64,000 nt of DNA, taken from positions 1,088,001-1,152,000 of the forward strand of contig CAWCDG010000004.1 of NCBI GenBank assembly GCA_963794325.1, written 5' to 3'. Made by a program: the position numbers and the translations under genes. The DNA is from an uncultured delta proteobacterium (GTDB lineage: Bacteria; Desulfobacterota; Binatia; Binatales; Binataceae). The notes below the pieces were generated by a model, which did not search any database, was not told where the DNA came from, and worked only from the letters and a program-made list of their open reading frames with translations. Of the stretch, positions 10,193 to 19,792 are shown piece by piece (the first letter of the stretch is position 1; each line of letters opens with the position of its first letter).

Positions 10193-10246
10193 CAGAACCC
10201 TCCCCTAACCAGGGGCTTCCCCGTGAAGTAACGGGCGAGGGATCAG
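10193..10246. repeat. Degenerate family B REP-like element between convergent genes
   Basis: CCCTCCCCTAACC...CCCGT..ACGGGCGAGGG. Confidence 0.45.
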
Positions 10247-10249
10247 AGA

Positions 10250-10672
10250 CTATTCGCCGATCACTTTGATCAACACGCGCTTGGGGCGGAGGCCGTCGAA
10301 CTCGCCGTAGAAGATTTGCTCCCACGGGCCGAAGTCGAGCTTGCCGGCCGTGATCGCGACTACCACCTCGCGGCCCATCACCTGGCGTTTGTGATGCGCG
10401 TCGCCGTTGTCCTCGCCGGTGCGATTGTGATGGTACCGCTCGGGGCTCGGGTCGTACGGCGCGAGCCATTCGAGCCATCGCTTGTAATCCTCGTGAAGCC
10501 CGGGCTCGTCGTCGTTGATGAATACCGACGCGGTGATATGCATCGCATTGACGAGGCAAAGCCCCTCGCGCACCCGGCTTTCCTTCACCGCTTTCTCAAC
10601 TTCGCCGGTGATATTCACGAAACCCATCCGCTCCGGCACTTTCATGGTGAGATATTTCGTATGCGACAGCAT
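10250..10672 (-). CDS. yjbQ: YjbQ family protein (secondary thiamine-phosphate synthase-like)
   Basis: [36 protein letters not shown]. Confidence 0.9.
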   Translation of the reverse strand: MLSHTKYLTMKVPERMGFVNITGEVEKAVKESRVREGLCLVNAMHITASVFINDDEPGLHEDYKRWLEWLAPYDPSPERYHHNRTGEDNGDAHHKRQVMGREVVVAITAGKLDFGPWEQIFYGEFDGLRPKRVLIKVIGE

Positions 10673-10710
10673 GAGGGGTAGTCCTCCAAATTCTTCGATT
10701 GAATGGCTTA

Positions 10711-10749
10711 TTTTCCTTCATTTTGGAGAATCTGAGAAATGAAGGAAAA
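10711..10749. promoter_or_regulatory. Perfect 13-bp AT-rich inverted repeat (terminator or operator)
   Basis: TTTTCCTTCATTT-N13-AAATGAAGGAAAA. Confidence 0.55.
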
Positions 10750-10759
10750 ACAGTACGCG

Positions 10760-11392
10760 CTATTGTGAAGGGGTTGCTGCGACCGGTTCGAACTTGGCGT
10801 AGCCGCTCAGGTCCTGGTCTGACGTGGTGTGCATTGGCATTGAGACTTCGCGGAGGACTGGGACCTTTTCGGTGATTGTGCCGGTTGCGGGCGCGTCCTT
10901 TGGAACCGTGATCACTCGGGTGCCGACGAAGCGGACTACCGTTGGGAGCATGCCGCCGGTGTCGGTGTAGTGCGTGTGGGTTGATTCGAACACGGTGTCG
11001 CTTTTGAAGAGTTTCGAGCCGGCGCGGATCAGGTACTCGTTATTCGGGAGCGGGCGGACCAGTGTCGATTGGCTCATCACGTATAGATGTCCGACGGTCG
11101 GGCGCAGGAATCCCGGGTAGAGCGGATTCACCCCGAGCCAGTACGGCATGATGATGGTGCGGCCGGGCTTCCAGTCGGTGAGGCTGACGACTGCTTCGTG
11201 GTCGTTGTTGCCGAGATGGAAATCGCGGCCGGCGAAATCGCGCATGATATCGCGACTCAATGGATCCTCGGGCGGCGTGCTGATTTCACCGACTGGGCCG
11301 AAGTCGAGCGCCTTGTCGGGAGTGCATCCGGCGGCTACCGCGATGATCGCAAGCGCGACTGCCGCGACGATCGTTTTGCAGCGCCGCGTCAT
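10760..11392 (-). CDS. Hypothetical lipoprotein (paralog 2)
   Basis: MTRRCK..VAAGC lipobox; ATGA overlap with the upstream stop; similar to its neighbour. Confidence 0.75.
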   Translation of the reverse strand: MTRRCKTIVAAVALAIIAVAAGCTPDKALDFGPVGEISTPPEDPLSRDIMRDFAGRDFHLGNNDHEAVVSLTDWKPGRTIIMPYWLGVNPLYPGFLRPTVGHLYVMSQSTLVRPLPNNEYLIRAGSKLFKSDTVFESTHTHYTDTGGMLPTVVRFVGTRVITVPKDAPATGTITEKVPVLREVSMPMHTTSDQDLSGYAKFEPVAATPSQ

Positions 11393-12000
11393 GTGCGGTA
11401 TCTCGCGTAGTTTGCTGGTATATGCCCGCCGAGCGTCCATTTCATCGGCAACGAAACTTCGCGCAGCACCGGGATCTGCACGGTCTTGCCGTCGGCACGT
11501 TTGAATTCGCGCTTGCCGATGTATTGCACGATGGTCGGCAGAATTTTTCCGGTGCCGACATATTGCGTGCGCGTCGTGACGAATACCGTCTCCTGTTTCA
11601 CCAGCGAGCTGCCCGCTTCGATCATCCATTCGCCGGCTGTATCGAGCGGCTTTTCGAGCGTCGCTTCGCTGATGACGTAAAAATCGCCTTCCTTCGGCGC
11701 CATCACGCCGGGCACCAGGATGTTGACGCCGAACCAGAATGGCAGCTTGAGGAATTTGTCCTTGCGCCAATTGAGCGGGCGCACTTCGGCGATTTGATTG
11801 TTGTCACCGAGCGCGAAAGTGCGTCCGCGAAAGTTGAGCTCGACATCCTCTGCGCTGGCGTAAACGCTCGGCGGAGGTTTGAGCGGCGGAGGCTTGGCGC
11901 ATCCCGAAAAAGTCGCGACCACTAATACAAATGCAAACGCGACAACGGCCGCGGTCCGCGCGAAATTTTCAGGCCGCAGTTTCGTTGTAGTGCGCGGCAA
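11389..12000 (-). CDS. Hypothetical lipoprotein (paralog 1); start uncertain
   Basis: Hydrophobic segment plus FSGC lipobox; in-frame TTG at 12000 chosen. Confidence 0.7.
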   Translation of the reverse strand: MPRTTTKLRPENFARTAAVVAFAFVLVVATFSGCAKPPPLKPPPSVYASAEDVELNFRGRTFALGDNNQIAEVRPLNWRKDKFLKLPFWFGVNILVPGVMAPKEGDFYVISEATLEKPLDTAGEWMIEAGSSLVKQETVFVTTRTQYVGTGKILPTIVQYIGKREFKRADGKTVQIPVLREVSLPMKWTLGGHIPANYARYRT

Positions 12001-12922
12001 TCTTGCGGCCGACCAGTTCGATTTGCTTCGGCCACGCATCGGGTTTCGCGATTGGCCACAGTACAAACTTGTCGAGTCCCTTCGCAACATATTCACTGAG
12101 GCGCGCGATGACATCGTCGGGCGATCCATAAACCGTTCGTTCGAGGTAGGCCTCGGCGCCGCGGCCCATCGCCGTCAGCATCGGGCGCATCTCCTCGAGC
12201 GCCCGCTCGCGTGACGACGAAATGCGGCAGAGCAGAATCAATCCCGATTCGATGTGCGCGTTGGCGCGTCCATAGCCGGCCGCGTAATCGCGAATCTTCG
12301 CCATGCTCGCGCCGAATTCGTCGGGAGTCTGGAACGACGCGAAGAAACCGTCAGCCAGGCGCGCCGCGCGTTTCAGCGCTGCGTCGGAACGGCCGCCAAC
12401 CCAGATATCCATCGTGCCGAAATCGTTATTGGTGCGCGCAATCGGACGCGGCTCGATCGTCACGTTATCAAAGTTGAAGAAGCGACCGTGATAGCTCGCG
12501 ACGCGCTCGCGCCACACCGCGCGCAGCACCTCGATTCCTTCGTCGAGCCGTTTGCCGCGACCCTCGAGCGGAATTCCACACGCCGCGTAGTCGGCGAGAT
12601 TCGCGCCGGTGCCGACCGCCATCACCATCCGGCCGTTCGACAGGTAGTCGAGCGACGCGAACGATTTCGCAACCATCAGCGGGTGGCGCAGGTTGAGCAG
12701 CAGCACGCTGGGCCCGAGTTTCATCCGCGAAGTGCGCGAGGCGAGCAGCGACAGCGTCGCGACCACGTCGAGTTCCGGCGACGGTGCGAGTAGATGATCG
12801 GACAGCCAGAACGAATCGAGGCCCCACTCCTCGGCGCGCTCCGCGACCCGCGCAATGGTTTCCGCCGGCGGCATTCCGAGCCGCCAAAGTCCAAAACCCA
12901 CGCCGATCTTCACGCGTTTCAT
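11969..12922 (-). CDS. LLM-class flavin-dependent oxidoreductase
   Basis: AEEWGLDSFWLSDH, SLDYLSNGR, IWVGGRSDAALKRAAR. Confidence 0.9.
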   Translation of the reverse strand: MKRVKIGVGFGLWRLGMPPAETIARVAERAEEWGLDSFWLSDHLLAPSPELDVVATLSLLASRTSRMKLGPSVLLLNLRHPLMVAKSFASLDYLSNGRMVMAVGTGANLADYAACGIPLEGRGKRLDEGIEVLRAVWRERVASYHGRFFNFDNVTIEPRPIARTNNDFGTMDIWVGGRSDAALKRAARLADGFFASFQTPDEFGASMAKIRDYAAGYGRANAHIESGLILLCRISSSRERALEEMRPMLTAMGRGAEAYLERTVYGSPDDVIARLSEYVAKGLDKFVLWPIAKPDAWPKQIELVGRKIAAHYNETAA

Positions 12923-12978
12923 CTTGCAATGCCCTCGTTTGCGCGCCTCATCCGATGATAATAGCATAGCTCGCCGCA

Positions 12979-13752
12979 ATGAATCAGAATCCTACAGCAT
13001 CGAATGGTGCGAAGGTGACCGTGACTCTGTTGGGCACCGGAGATGCGTTCGCGAATTTCGGGCGTTCACAAGCTGGTTACCTGATCGACGCGCCCGTGGG
13101 CCGAGTCCTGATGGAAGCGGGCCCCTGTTTGCTGCAGACGCTCAAGAGCCGGGGCGTCTCGACCGACAGCTTCGACTTGCTGCTGATCAGTCATCTGCAC
13201 GGCGACCATTTCGGCGGTCTGCCGTTTCTGATCCTCGACTACATGTGGGAGACGCGTCGTAAGAAGCCTCTGACGATCGCGGGCCCGGCGAAGCTCGAGG
13301 AGCGCACCTGGACGCTGATGCGCACGATGTTCCCGCATTTCGAGCTCGACAAGGTCAAACATAAATTGAAGTTCGTGGTGCTCGAGCCCGGCAGCTCGAC
13401 GCGGCTGGGCAAGTTCAAAGTGAGCGCGATTCGCAGTCCGCACACCAAGCCGGACATTTCGCTGTCCTTAAGAATCGACGGCGGCGGCAAGTCGATAGTT
13501 TTCTCGGGCGACAGCGGATGGAATGATGAGTTGGTGGAGTTCTGCGACGGCGCCGATCTGTTCCTCTGCGAATGCACCTACTTCGAGAGCGCGCAACTGA
13601 ACTTTCACATCAACTACCCGCAGCTCGCTGCGAATCGCGACAAGTTCAAGGTGCGCCGGATGGTGCTGACGCATCTTGGGCGCGAAGTGCTCAGTCGCGA
13701 GGATGAGATCGCGCTCGAAATGGGCTATGACGGTATGAAGATTACGATTTGA
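12979..13752 (+). CDS. MBL-fold metallo-hydrolase (RNase Z/BN-like)
   Basis: LLGTGDA, SHLHGDHFGG, FSGDS, LTHL. Confidence 0.88.
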   Translation: MNQNPTASNGAKVTVTLLGTGDAFANFGRSQAGYLIDAPVGRVLMEAGPCLLQTLKSRGVSTDSFDLLLISHLHGDHFGGLPFLILDYMWETRRKKPLTIAGPAKLEERTWTLMRTMFPHFELDKVKHKLKFVVLEPGSSTRLGKFKVSAIRSPHTKPDISLSLRIDGGGKSIVFSGDSGWNDELVEFCDGADLFLCECTYFESAQLNFHINYPQLAANRDKFKVRRMVLTHLGREVLSREDEIALEMGYDGMKITI

Positions 13753-13785
13753 GCCGCGCGCAACGTCGCAGATAAGGTTACTTAC

Positions 13786-14556
13786 ATGGGCATCGTACAG
13801 GGCAAGCGGGCGTTGGTCGTCGGCGTCGCGAACGACAAGAGCCTGGCGTGGTCGATAGCGCAGACGTTGGCTGCCGAAGGCGCCGAGGTCGCGATGACCT
13901 ACCAGGGCGAGATCCTCGAAAAGCGGGTGCGTCCGCTGGCGGCGCAAATCGAAGCCGACGTAATCGGCGAGCTCGACGTCAACGACGACGCGCAAATCGC
14001 GTCGGTGTTCGCGGCGCTGAAGAAAAAATGGAACGGGCTCGACTTGCTCGTTCACGCGGTCGCATTTGCCGAGCGCGAAGATTTGCGCGATCGATTCCTG
14101 ACCGTGACCCGCGAGAATTTCAAGAAGTCGCTCGAAATAAGCGCCTACTCGCTGGTTGCGCTCGCGCGCGCCGCGGAACCACTGATGGAAGCGGGCGGCG
14201 GCTCGATCCTGACGCTCAGCTATCTCGGCGCGGTCCGCGCGATCCCGAATTACAACATGATGGGTGTGGCGAAGGCGGCTCTGGAAGCCTGTGTGCGCTA
14301 CCTGTCGGTGGACCTTGGAGCCAAAAATATTCGCGTCAACGCGCTCAGCGCCGGCCCCGCGCGCACGCTGTCGTCGTCGGCGATTCGTGATTTCCATTCG
14401 ATGCAGCATGAAGTCGAGGCGCGCTCTCCGCTGCGTCGTGCGATGAAAGTCGAGGAAGTCGGCAAGATGGCGGCCGCCGTCCTGAGCGATTTTTCGAGCG
14501 GCGTCACCGGCCAGACGCTTTACGTCGACGTGGGCTACAATATCGTCGGCGTCTAG
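13786..14556 (+). CDS. fabI: Enoyl-ACP reductase
   Basis: GVANDKSLAW, ISAYSL, YNMMGVAKAALE, VNALSAGP. Confidence 0.93.
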   Translation: MGIVQGKRALVVGVANDKSLAWSIAQTLAAEGAEVAMTYQGEILEKRVRPLAAQIEADVIGELDVNDDAQIASVFAALKKKWNGLDLLVHAVAFAEREDLRDRFLTVTRENFKKSLEISAYSLVALARAAEPLMEAGGGSILTLSYLGAVRAIPNYNMMGVAKAALEACVRYLSVDLGAKNIRVNALSAGPARTLSSSAIRDFHSMQHEVEARSPLRRAMKVEEVGKMAAAVLSDFSSGVTGQTLYVDVGYNIVGV

Positions 14557-14570
14557 CAAGGAGTTCTGCG

Positions 14571-15347
14571 ATGGCCATCATTATCGTCCCGCAGCTATCG
14601 GACAACTACGCGTACCTGGTGATCGACGACGGCAGCAAGGAATGCGCGGTGGTCGATTGCGCTGAGGCCGACAAGGTGATCGCGGCGGCAAAATCAAATG
14701 GCGCGAAAATCGTCGCGGTGCTGACCACGCACTGGCATGGCGATCATTCAGGCGGCAACAACGACATCGCGTCGAAGATACCGGGAATCAAAATCTACGG
14801 CGCGAGCGCGGAAGGCGGAAGAATTCCCGCGCTGACCAATCCGCTGACCGACGGCGACAAACTCCGCATCGGCGCGCTCGAAGGCCGCGTGATCGGAATC
14901 CCGGCGCATACCAACGGCCACGTCGCCTACTATTTCCCGACGCTCAGCGCGGTGTTCACCGGCGACACGATGTTCATCGGCGGATGCGGCCGCGTGTTCG
15001 AGGGCAAAGCCGCGACGATGGTGGCGTCGCTGAAGAAGCTCGCGTCGCTGCCCGACTCGACGCAGGTCTATTGCGGCCACGAGTACACCGAGAAAAATCT
15101 GCGCTTCGCGCTGACCCTCGAGCCGGGGAACGAGGCATTGAAGAAGAAACATGACTGGAGCGTGAAGGCTCTCGCCGAGAACAAGTTCACGGTGCCGTCG
15201 ACCATCGGCGACGAGAAAAAGACCAATCCGTTTCTGCGCGCCGACAGCCCCGAACTGCGCGCGAATCTGAAGAAGCGCGATCCGTCGCTGGACGACGATC
15301 CAATCGCAATCTTCGCCAAAGTCCGCGAGCTGAAAGATCACTTCTAG
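14571..15347 (+). CDS. gloB: Hydroxyacylglutathione hydrolase (glyoxalase II)
   Basis: DNYAYL, THWHGDHSGG, GDTMFIGGCGR, CGHEYT, EKKTNPFLR. Confidence 0.93.
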   Translation: MAIIIVPQLSDNYAYLVIDDGSKECAVVDCAEADKVIAAAKSNGAKIVAVLTTHWHGDHSGGNNDIASKIPGIKIYGASAEGGRIPALTNPLTDGDKLRIGALEGRVIGIPAHTNGHVAYYFPTLSAVFTGDTMFIGGCGRVFEGKAATMVASLKKLASLPDSTQVYCGHEYTEKNLRFALTLEPGNEALKKKHDWSVKALAENKFTVPSTIGDEKKTNPFLRADSPELRANLKKRDPSLDDDPIAIFAKVRELKDHF

Positions 15348-15349
15348 AA

Positions 15350-15384
15350 TTCTGATTCCCTCGCCGTTGTCGGGAGAGGGTTAG
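15350..15384. repeat. Left part of a family B REP-like element (right part at 17045-17060)
   Basis: TTCTGATTCCCTCGCC...GGGAGAGGGTTAG; 15/16 inverted match to 17045-17060. Confidence 0.6.
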
Positions 15385-15520
15385 AGCCAGGGAGCTTTTG
15401 CGGCGCGATTGCCTGGCGCGCCGCGAATCCGAGACGCAGTACCATGACCTCGAAGCCACCACTCACTCGTGACGCCGGTATCAGCGGGAAAAGTGGCGCC
15501 AGTCATCAGCGGTTCGTGCC

Positions 15521-15937
15521 CTATGTCGCCGGCCAGATCCCGAGCAAGATGACGACGATGCCGGCCATTGCTGCTGCAAAGGCCAGCGATCGCACCACCG
15601 GGATTCCGAAGGCATAGAGCGGCACGTAGAGGACGCGGCCGCAGAAGTAGAGCTGCGCGCCCCACGCGGTCGTGGCGGTGTGCCGGTCCATCCCGTTGGC
15701 GATAAGCACCAGCGCGGCGAATATCGGAAAGGTCTCGAGATAGTTGCGATAGGCACGCTCGAGGCGCGCGCCGACCTTTCCCACCGGCGCGCCGGACTCG
15801 TCGCGCGCTCCCAGGGCCCAAGGCATGCCCCGCGCGCCGATGCTGAACAGGAATGCGATCATGAGCTGGACGAGGCCGAGCACGGCGCTCGCCCACAACA
15901 TGCGAATTTCCGGCGTTGCGTAATCGAATGAATGCAT
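15521..15937 (-). CDS. MAPEG family membrane protein
   Basis: RLERAYRNYLETFPIF, RVLYVPLY; GGAGG RBS before ATG at 15937. Confidence 0.88.
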   Translation of the reverse strand: MHSFDYATPEIRMLWASAVLGLVQLMIAFLFSIGARGMPWALGARDESGAPVGKVGARLERAYRNYLETFPIFAALVLIANGMDRHTATTAWGAQLYFCGRVLYVPLYAFGIPVVRSLAFAAAMAGIVVILLGIWPAT

Positions 15938-16069
15938 CACTTCCTCCACCAGGTGCAAAAGAGCAGCGGGCGCTGATATCGCCGCGACGATATGGAGGCG
16001 CCCGAACCGCAAATCACATTGTAGGACGCTTTCGCAGGGGTGGACTATCCATGATAATATCGATGGGCT

Positions 16070-17017
16070 ATGAAGCAGAACTTCACAGTCAGACGCGGCG
16101 CGCTCGACGGTGTACAGGCGTTCCTTAGCGTCGCGCTGCACCGTAGTTTTCGCAAAGCGGCCGCAGACCTCGGGGTAACACCATCGGCCATCAGCCAGGC
16201 AGTACGCGCTCTCGAGGCACACGTCGGCGCCGCCCTTTTCATCCGCACGACGCGCAGTGTCGGCCTGAGCGAAGCCGGCGAACGATTCCTTTCGCGCGCA
16301 AAGCCCGCCTTCGAGGAACTGGTCGCAGCAAGCGAGGTTGCGCGTGACCTTGGGCAGCGTCCAGCTGGACTGTTGCGCCTCACCGTGCCGCGGGCGGTGG
16401 TGCCGATCCTGCTGGAGCCGCTGATCGCATCCTTCTGCCAAGCTAATCCCGAGGTCGAGGTGGAAATCGCAGCGAGTGAGGAACTGGTCGATATCGCGGC
16501 GGGAGGATTTGATGCCGGCGTGCGGCTCGGCCAGTTCATCGCAGCAGACATGGTCGCGGTGCGGCTGACGCCGTCGTTTCCGCTCGTTGTAGTCGGCAGC
16601 CCCGAATATTTACACCGGCGGGGACGGGTCGAGCAGATCGAAGATCTGCGTCACCACGCCTGCTTGCGCATGCGCCGCTCGAACGGGTCGATCGCGCCCT
16701 GGTCCTTTATCAACCGCAACAAGCCGGTTGAGGCGATCGTCTCGGGACCGCTAATCGCCCACGACTTTCCCACCATTCTTGGCGCGGCCGCGGAAGGTAT
16801 GGGGCTCGCGCAGGTACCTGGGCCGATCGCTGATGGACTAGTGACGAGCGGAAAGCTCGCGCGCGTGCTCGAGCGTTTCGCGCCGATGACACCGGGCGTG
16901 TTTCTCTATTATCCCAGCCGCCACCAAATGATGCCGAAGCTGCGAGCCTTCATCGATCACCTGAAGAGCCGCTTGGGCGCCACCAACAAAACCGGAAGTC
17001 ACAAACGCGCGATCTGA
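16070..17017 (+). CDS. LysR family transcriptional regulator
   Basis: SFRKAAADLGVTPSAISQAVRALE HTH, LFIRTTRSV; divergent from the MAPEG gene. Confidence 0.93.
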   Translation: MKQNFTVRRGALDGVQAFLSVALHRSFRKAAADLGVTPSAISQAVRALEAHVGAALFIRTTRSVGLSEAGERFLSRAKPAFEELVAASEVARDLGQRPAGLLRLTVPRAVVPILLEPLIASFCQANPEVEVEIAASEELVDIAAGGFDAGVRLGQFIAADMVAVRLTPSFPLVVVGSPEYLHRRGRVEQIEDLRHHACLRMRRSNGSIAPWSFINRNKPVEAIVSGPLIAHDFPTILGAAAEGMGLAQVPGPIADGLVTSGKLARVLERFAPMTPGVFLYYPSRHQMMPKLRAFIDHLKSRLGATNKTGSHKRAI

Positions 17018-17080
17018 CCAACTTGGCGCCATCTCGCGACAATAGGTGAGGGAATCAGAAGCGATGCGCTCGATGCTGGG

Positions 17081-17512
17081 CTAGAAGGGTTTGATCACCG
17101 TCAGCACCAGGATTGCGATCAACAGCGCGCTCACCATCCCGTGGATGACGCGGAACTCGCGGCGCGATGACTGGCTCGGATTGTTCTCGAGGTACTTGAT
17201 CCGGCGATAAAAGCGCACGTGATAGAAAAGCAGGATCGCGACCAACAGCAGCTTCAAGTGGAACCATCCCTGCCGCAACACCGACGGATCCAGGATAGCC
17301 AGCAGAAGTCCGAGCAGGATACTGATGGCGGCGCCGAGGTTGACCGTCGATTCGAACAGACCTCGCGCCGCGCCGAGAAAGCGTTCCTTGGGCAGGCCGA
17401 CTTCTTCGGGCACGCGCGCGAGCAGGCTGGTGATCATCAGCAGCCCGCCCATCCAGAAGATCACGCCAAAAATGTGCAGAGCGAGTACGAAGCCGCGAAC
17501 AAAGTACATCAA
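17081..17512 (-). CDS. CopD/HemJ family membrane protein
   Basis: ALHIFGVIFWMGGL, WFHLKLLLV, C-terminal VIKPF. Confidence 0.75.
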   Translation of the reverse strand: MMYFVRGFVLALHIFGVIFWMGGLLMITSLLARVPEEVGLPKERFLGAARGLFESTVNLGAAISILLGLLLAILDPSVLRQGWFHLKLLLVAILLFYHVRFYRRIKYLENNPSQSSRREFRVIHGMVSALLIAILVLTVIKPF

Positions 17513-17667
17513 ATCCCCCGTGCGTCAGATGGCGTGCATCGCGATGCCGCGGCCGCTTGCTTGACTGGTTCGATACTTGGCATTGATTCGAGTACGCCGG
17601 TTGCAGAGAATCTTACGCCAACCGCGCAGTCAAGCGAATCTATCGGAATCCTCACGAGGGCATCAGA

Positions 17668-19002
17668 ATGGCGACTTCCCACGAGGGACAACTCAAGCGC
17701 AAAAAAATCAGCGCCGATGAAGCGGCGGCAAAAGTCAAATCCGGCGACTGGGTCGAGTACGGGTTCGGCCTCGGCCAGCCCGACGTTTTCGATCGCGCGC
17801 TCGCCCAGCATGCGCCAAAGCTCGAGCGCGTCAAGATCCGCGGATGTCTCGCGATGCGGCCGCGCGCGGCGGTCGAGGCCGATCCCGACGAACGTCATCT
17901 CACTTACCTGTCGTGGTATTTCTCCGGCCTCGAACGAAAGATGCACGATCGCGGCCTCGCGCATCATATTCCCATGAACTTCGGCGAGGCGCCCGACAAC
18001 TACCGCCGCTTCATCGAGGTTGACGTTGCCGTGCTGAAGACGGCGCCGATGGACGCGCATGGGTTTTTCAACTTCGGCCCGTCGGTCACCTATCACAAGG
18101 CGATTACCGAAAAGGCGAAGACCCTGATCGTCGAGACGGACGCGAGTGTGCCGTACGTTTTCGGAATCGAGAACGCCGTGCATATAGATGATGTCGAATA
18201 CGTGATCGACGCGGGCGCATCGGAGCTGCCGGAGCTGAAGAATCCCGCGGCAAATGCGGTCGATCAGAAAGTCGCCGAGCTGATCGCGCCGGAGATTCCG
18301 AGCGGCGCATGCGTACAAATAGGAATCGGCGCCATGCCCAATGCGGTCTGCGAGTTGCTCGCAACCGCGCCCATCAAAGACCTCGGCGTGCACACCGAGA
18401 TGTTCGTCGATTCCCTGGTGTCGCTGTTCGAGGCCGGCAAGGTTACCGGCGCGCACAAGGCGACCAATCGATACCAGATGACGTACACCTTCGCGGCGGG
18501 CTCGAAGCGGATGTACGACTTTCTCGACCGCAACGCCGTGTGCTTCGCGGGCCCGGTCGATTACACCAACCTGCCGAATCACATCATGCAGAACGATCGC
18601 GTCATCTCGATCTGCAACGCGGCGCAAATCGATCTCACCGGGCAGGCGTGCTCCGAGTCCGCCGGCATGCGGCAGATAAGCGGCACCGGCGGACAACTGC
18701 AATTCGTGCGCGGCGCGTACGCCTCGCGCGATGGCAAGTCGTTCATATGCCTCGCGTCGACCTACGAGCGCGATGCGCATCGCGCGAGCCGAATCGTCGC
18801 GCGCATCGACGATTGCAATATCGTGACGACGCCGCGCACCGACGTGATGTACGTCGTGACCGAATACGGGATCGTCAATCTAAAAGGCAAATCAGTTCCG
18901 GAGCGGGCGCGCGCGCTGATCTCGATCGCGCATCCTGATTTCCGCGAAGAGCTGGAAGGTCAGGCTCGCGAGTACCGACTTATCTCTCGCGCCATTTTCT
19001 GA
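17668..19002 (+). CDS. Acetyl-CoA hydrolase/transferase (4-hydroxybutyrate CoA-transferase-like)
   Basis: QIGIGAMPNAV, GVHTEMF, SGTGGQLQF, VVTEYG. Confidence 0.9.
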   Translation: MATSHEGQLKRKKISADEAAAKVKSGDWVEYGFGLGQPDVFDRALAQHAPKLERVKIRGCLAMRPRAAVEADPDERHLTYLSWYFSGLERKMHDRGLAHHIPMNFGEAPDNYRRFIEVDVAVLKTAPMDAHGFFNFGPSVTYHKAITEKAKTLIVETDASVPYVFGIENAVHIDDVEYVIDAGASELPELKNPAANAVDQKVAELIAPEIPSGACVQIGIGAMPNAVCELLATAPIKDLGVHTEMFVDSLVSLFEAGKVTGAHKATNRYQMTYTFAAGSKRMYDFLDRNAVCFAGPVDYTNLPNHIMQNDRVISICNAAQIDLTGQACSESAGMRQISGTGGQLQFVRGAYASRDGKSFICLASTYERDAHRASRIVARIDDCNIVTTPRTDVMYVVTEYGIVNLKGKSVPERARALISIAHPDFREELEGQAREYRLISRAIF

Positions 19003-19015
19003 GATTCAGCGACAG

Positions 19016-19339
19016 TCAGCGCGCCGGCGTCTCGTCATCGTTGTCGTCGGCGAACTTGTACACGAGCTCGTCGGGCCGCGCGTATCCAAGCTCGCGGCGA
19101 ATCAGGCGCTCGATATAACGGTCGTCTGAACGAAGCTTCTGAATGCGCGTTCTGAACACCGCGTTGTCCGCTGCCAGTTGATTGCGGCGGGCCTCCAATG
19201 CGGCACGATGGCTCTGGAGGGCAACGAGGTCGCGCGGCCCCAGGTTGCCGAGCAGTGCACTTAAGATAAGCATCACCAGAACCCCGCCGAAGATTAGGCT
19301 GAGCCACTCGCGGCGGAGAACGAAGCTTAACCGGGTCAT
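19016..19339 (-). CDS. ftsB: Septum formation initiator / FtsB family
   Basis: Single TM, coiled coil, YIERLIRRELGYARPDE. Confidence 0.85.
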   Translation of the reverse strand: MTRLSFVLRREWLSLIFGGVLVMLILSALLGNLGPRDLVALQSHRAALEARRNQLAADNAVFRTRIQKLRSDDRYIERLIRRELGYARPDELVYKFADDNDDETPAR

Positions 19340-19441
19340 CCGAGGAATGGTAATGCAACGAGCGGGTCGAGTTCAAGAGAGCTAATTTTGAACGTCATTC
19401 TAAAGACCCGAAATAGACCGGTTCGGTTGCGTTCTTCCGAC

Positions 19442-19503
19442 TTTAAAATTTGTTTATAAATATCGCGATGGCCCTTGATTTGAGAATAACATGTTTCTAT
19501 AAT
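19442..19503 (+). promoter_or_regulatory. Strong sigma70-type promoter with AT-rich upstream element
   Basis: TTGATT (19475-19480), 17-bp spacer, TATAAT (19498-19503); upstream TTTAAAATTTGTTTATAAAT. Confidence 0.75.
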
Positions 19504-19584
19504 CGGCCCGAACCGATGAGAGATAAACTCTCATCCATAAGAAAAGGCGCTTCTCCAGCAGCAGCCTACGAAGAGGAGGTACCT

Positions 19585-19689
19585 ATGCCAGGAATGAAGA
19601 AACGGGCCAAAAAGGCCACCAAGTCCAAACCGATGCGGAAGAGCAAAATGGCAAAAAAGAAGCCTGCCAAAAAGACCAAAAAGAAGTAA
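19585..19689 (+). CDS. 34-aa Lys-rich basic microprotein
   Basis: GAGGAGGT RBS; MPGMKKRAKKATKSKPMRKSKMAKKKPAKKTKKK (16 K, 2 R, no acidic residues). Confidence 0.75.
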   Translation: MPGMKKRAKKATKSKPMRKSKMAKKKPAKKTKKK

Positions 19690-19705
19690 CCACTTAACGA
19701 GTTTA

Positions 19706-19783
19706 CCTTCGGGCTAATACCCCGAAGGCTGGCGGAGGCTGCCAGGGTTCGCTGCTGGATTAAGCCGAGGCCGAAAGGCCTCG
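19706..19783 (+). ncRNA. Structured 3' UTR / candidate RNA element
   Basis: Hairpins CCTTCGGG/CCCGAAGG, CTGGC/GCCAG and CGAGGCC-GAAA-GGCCTCG. Confidence 0.4.
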
Positions 19784-19792
19784 CAACACGGG

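Noticed and set aside
19760-19790. Hammerhead ribozyme (GGCCGAAAGGCC stem)
   Set aside because: Lacks the CUGAUGA core and the downstream GAAA
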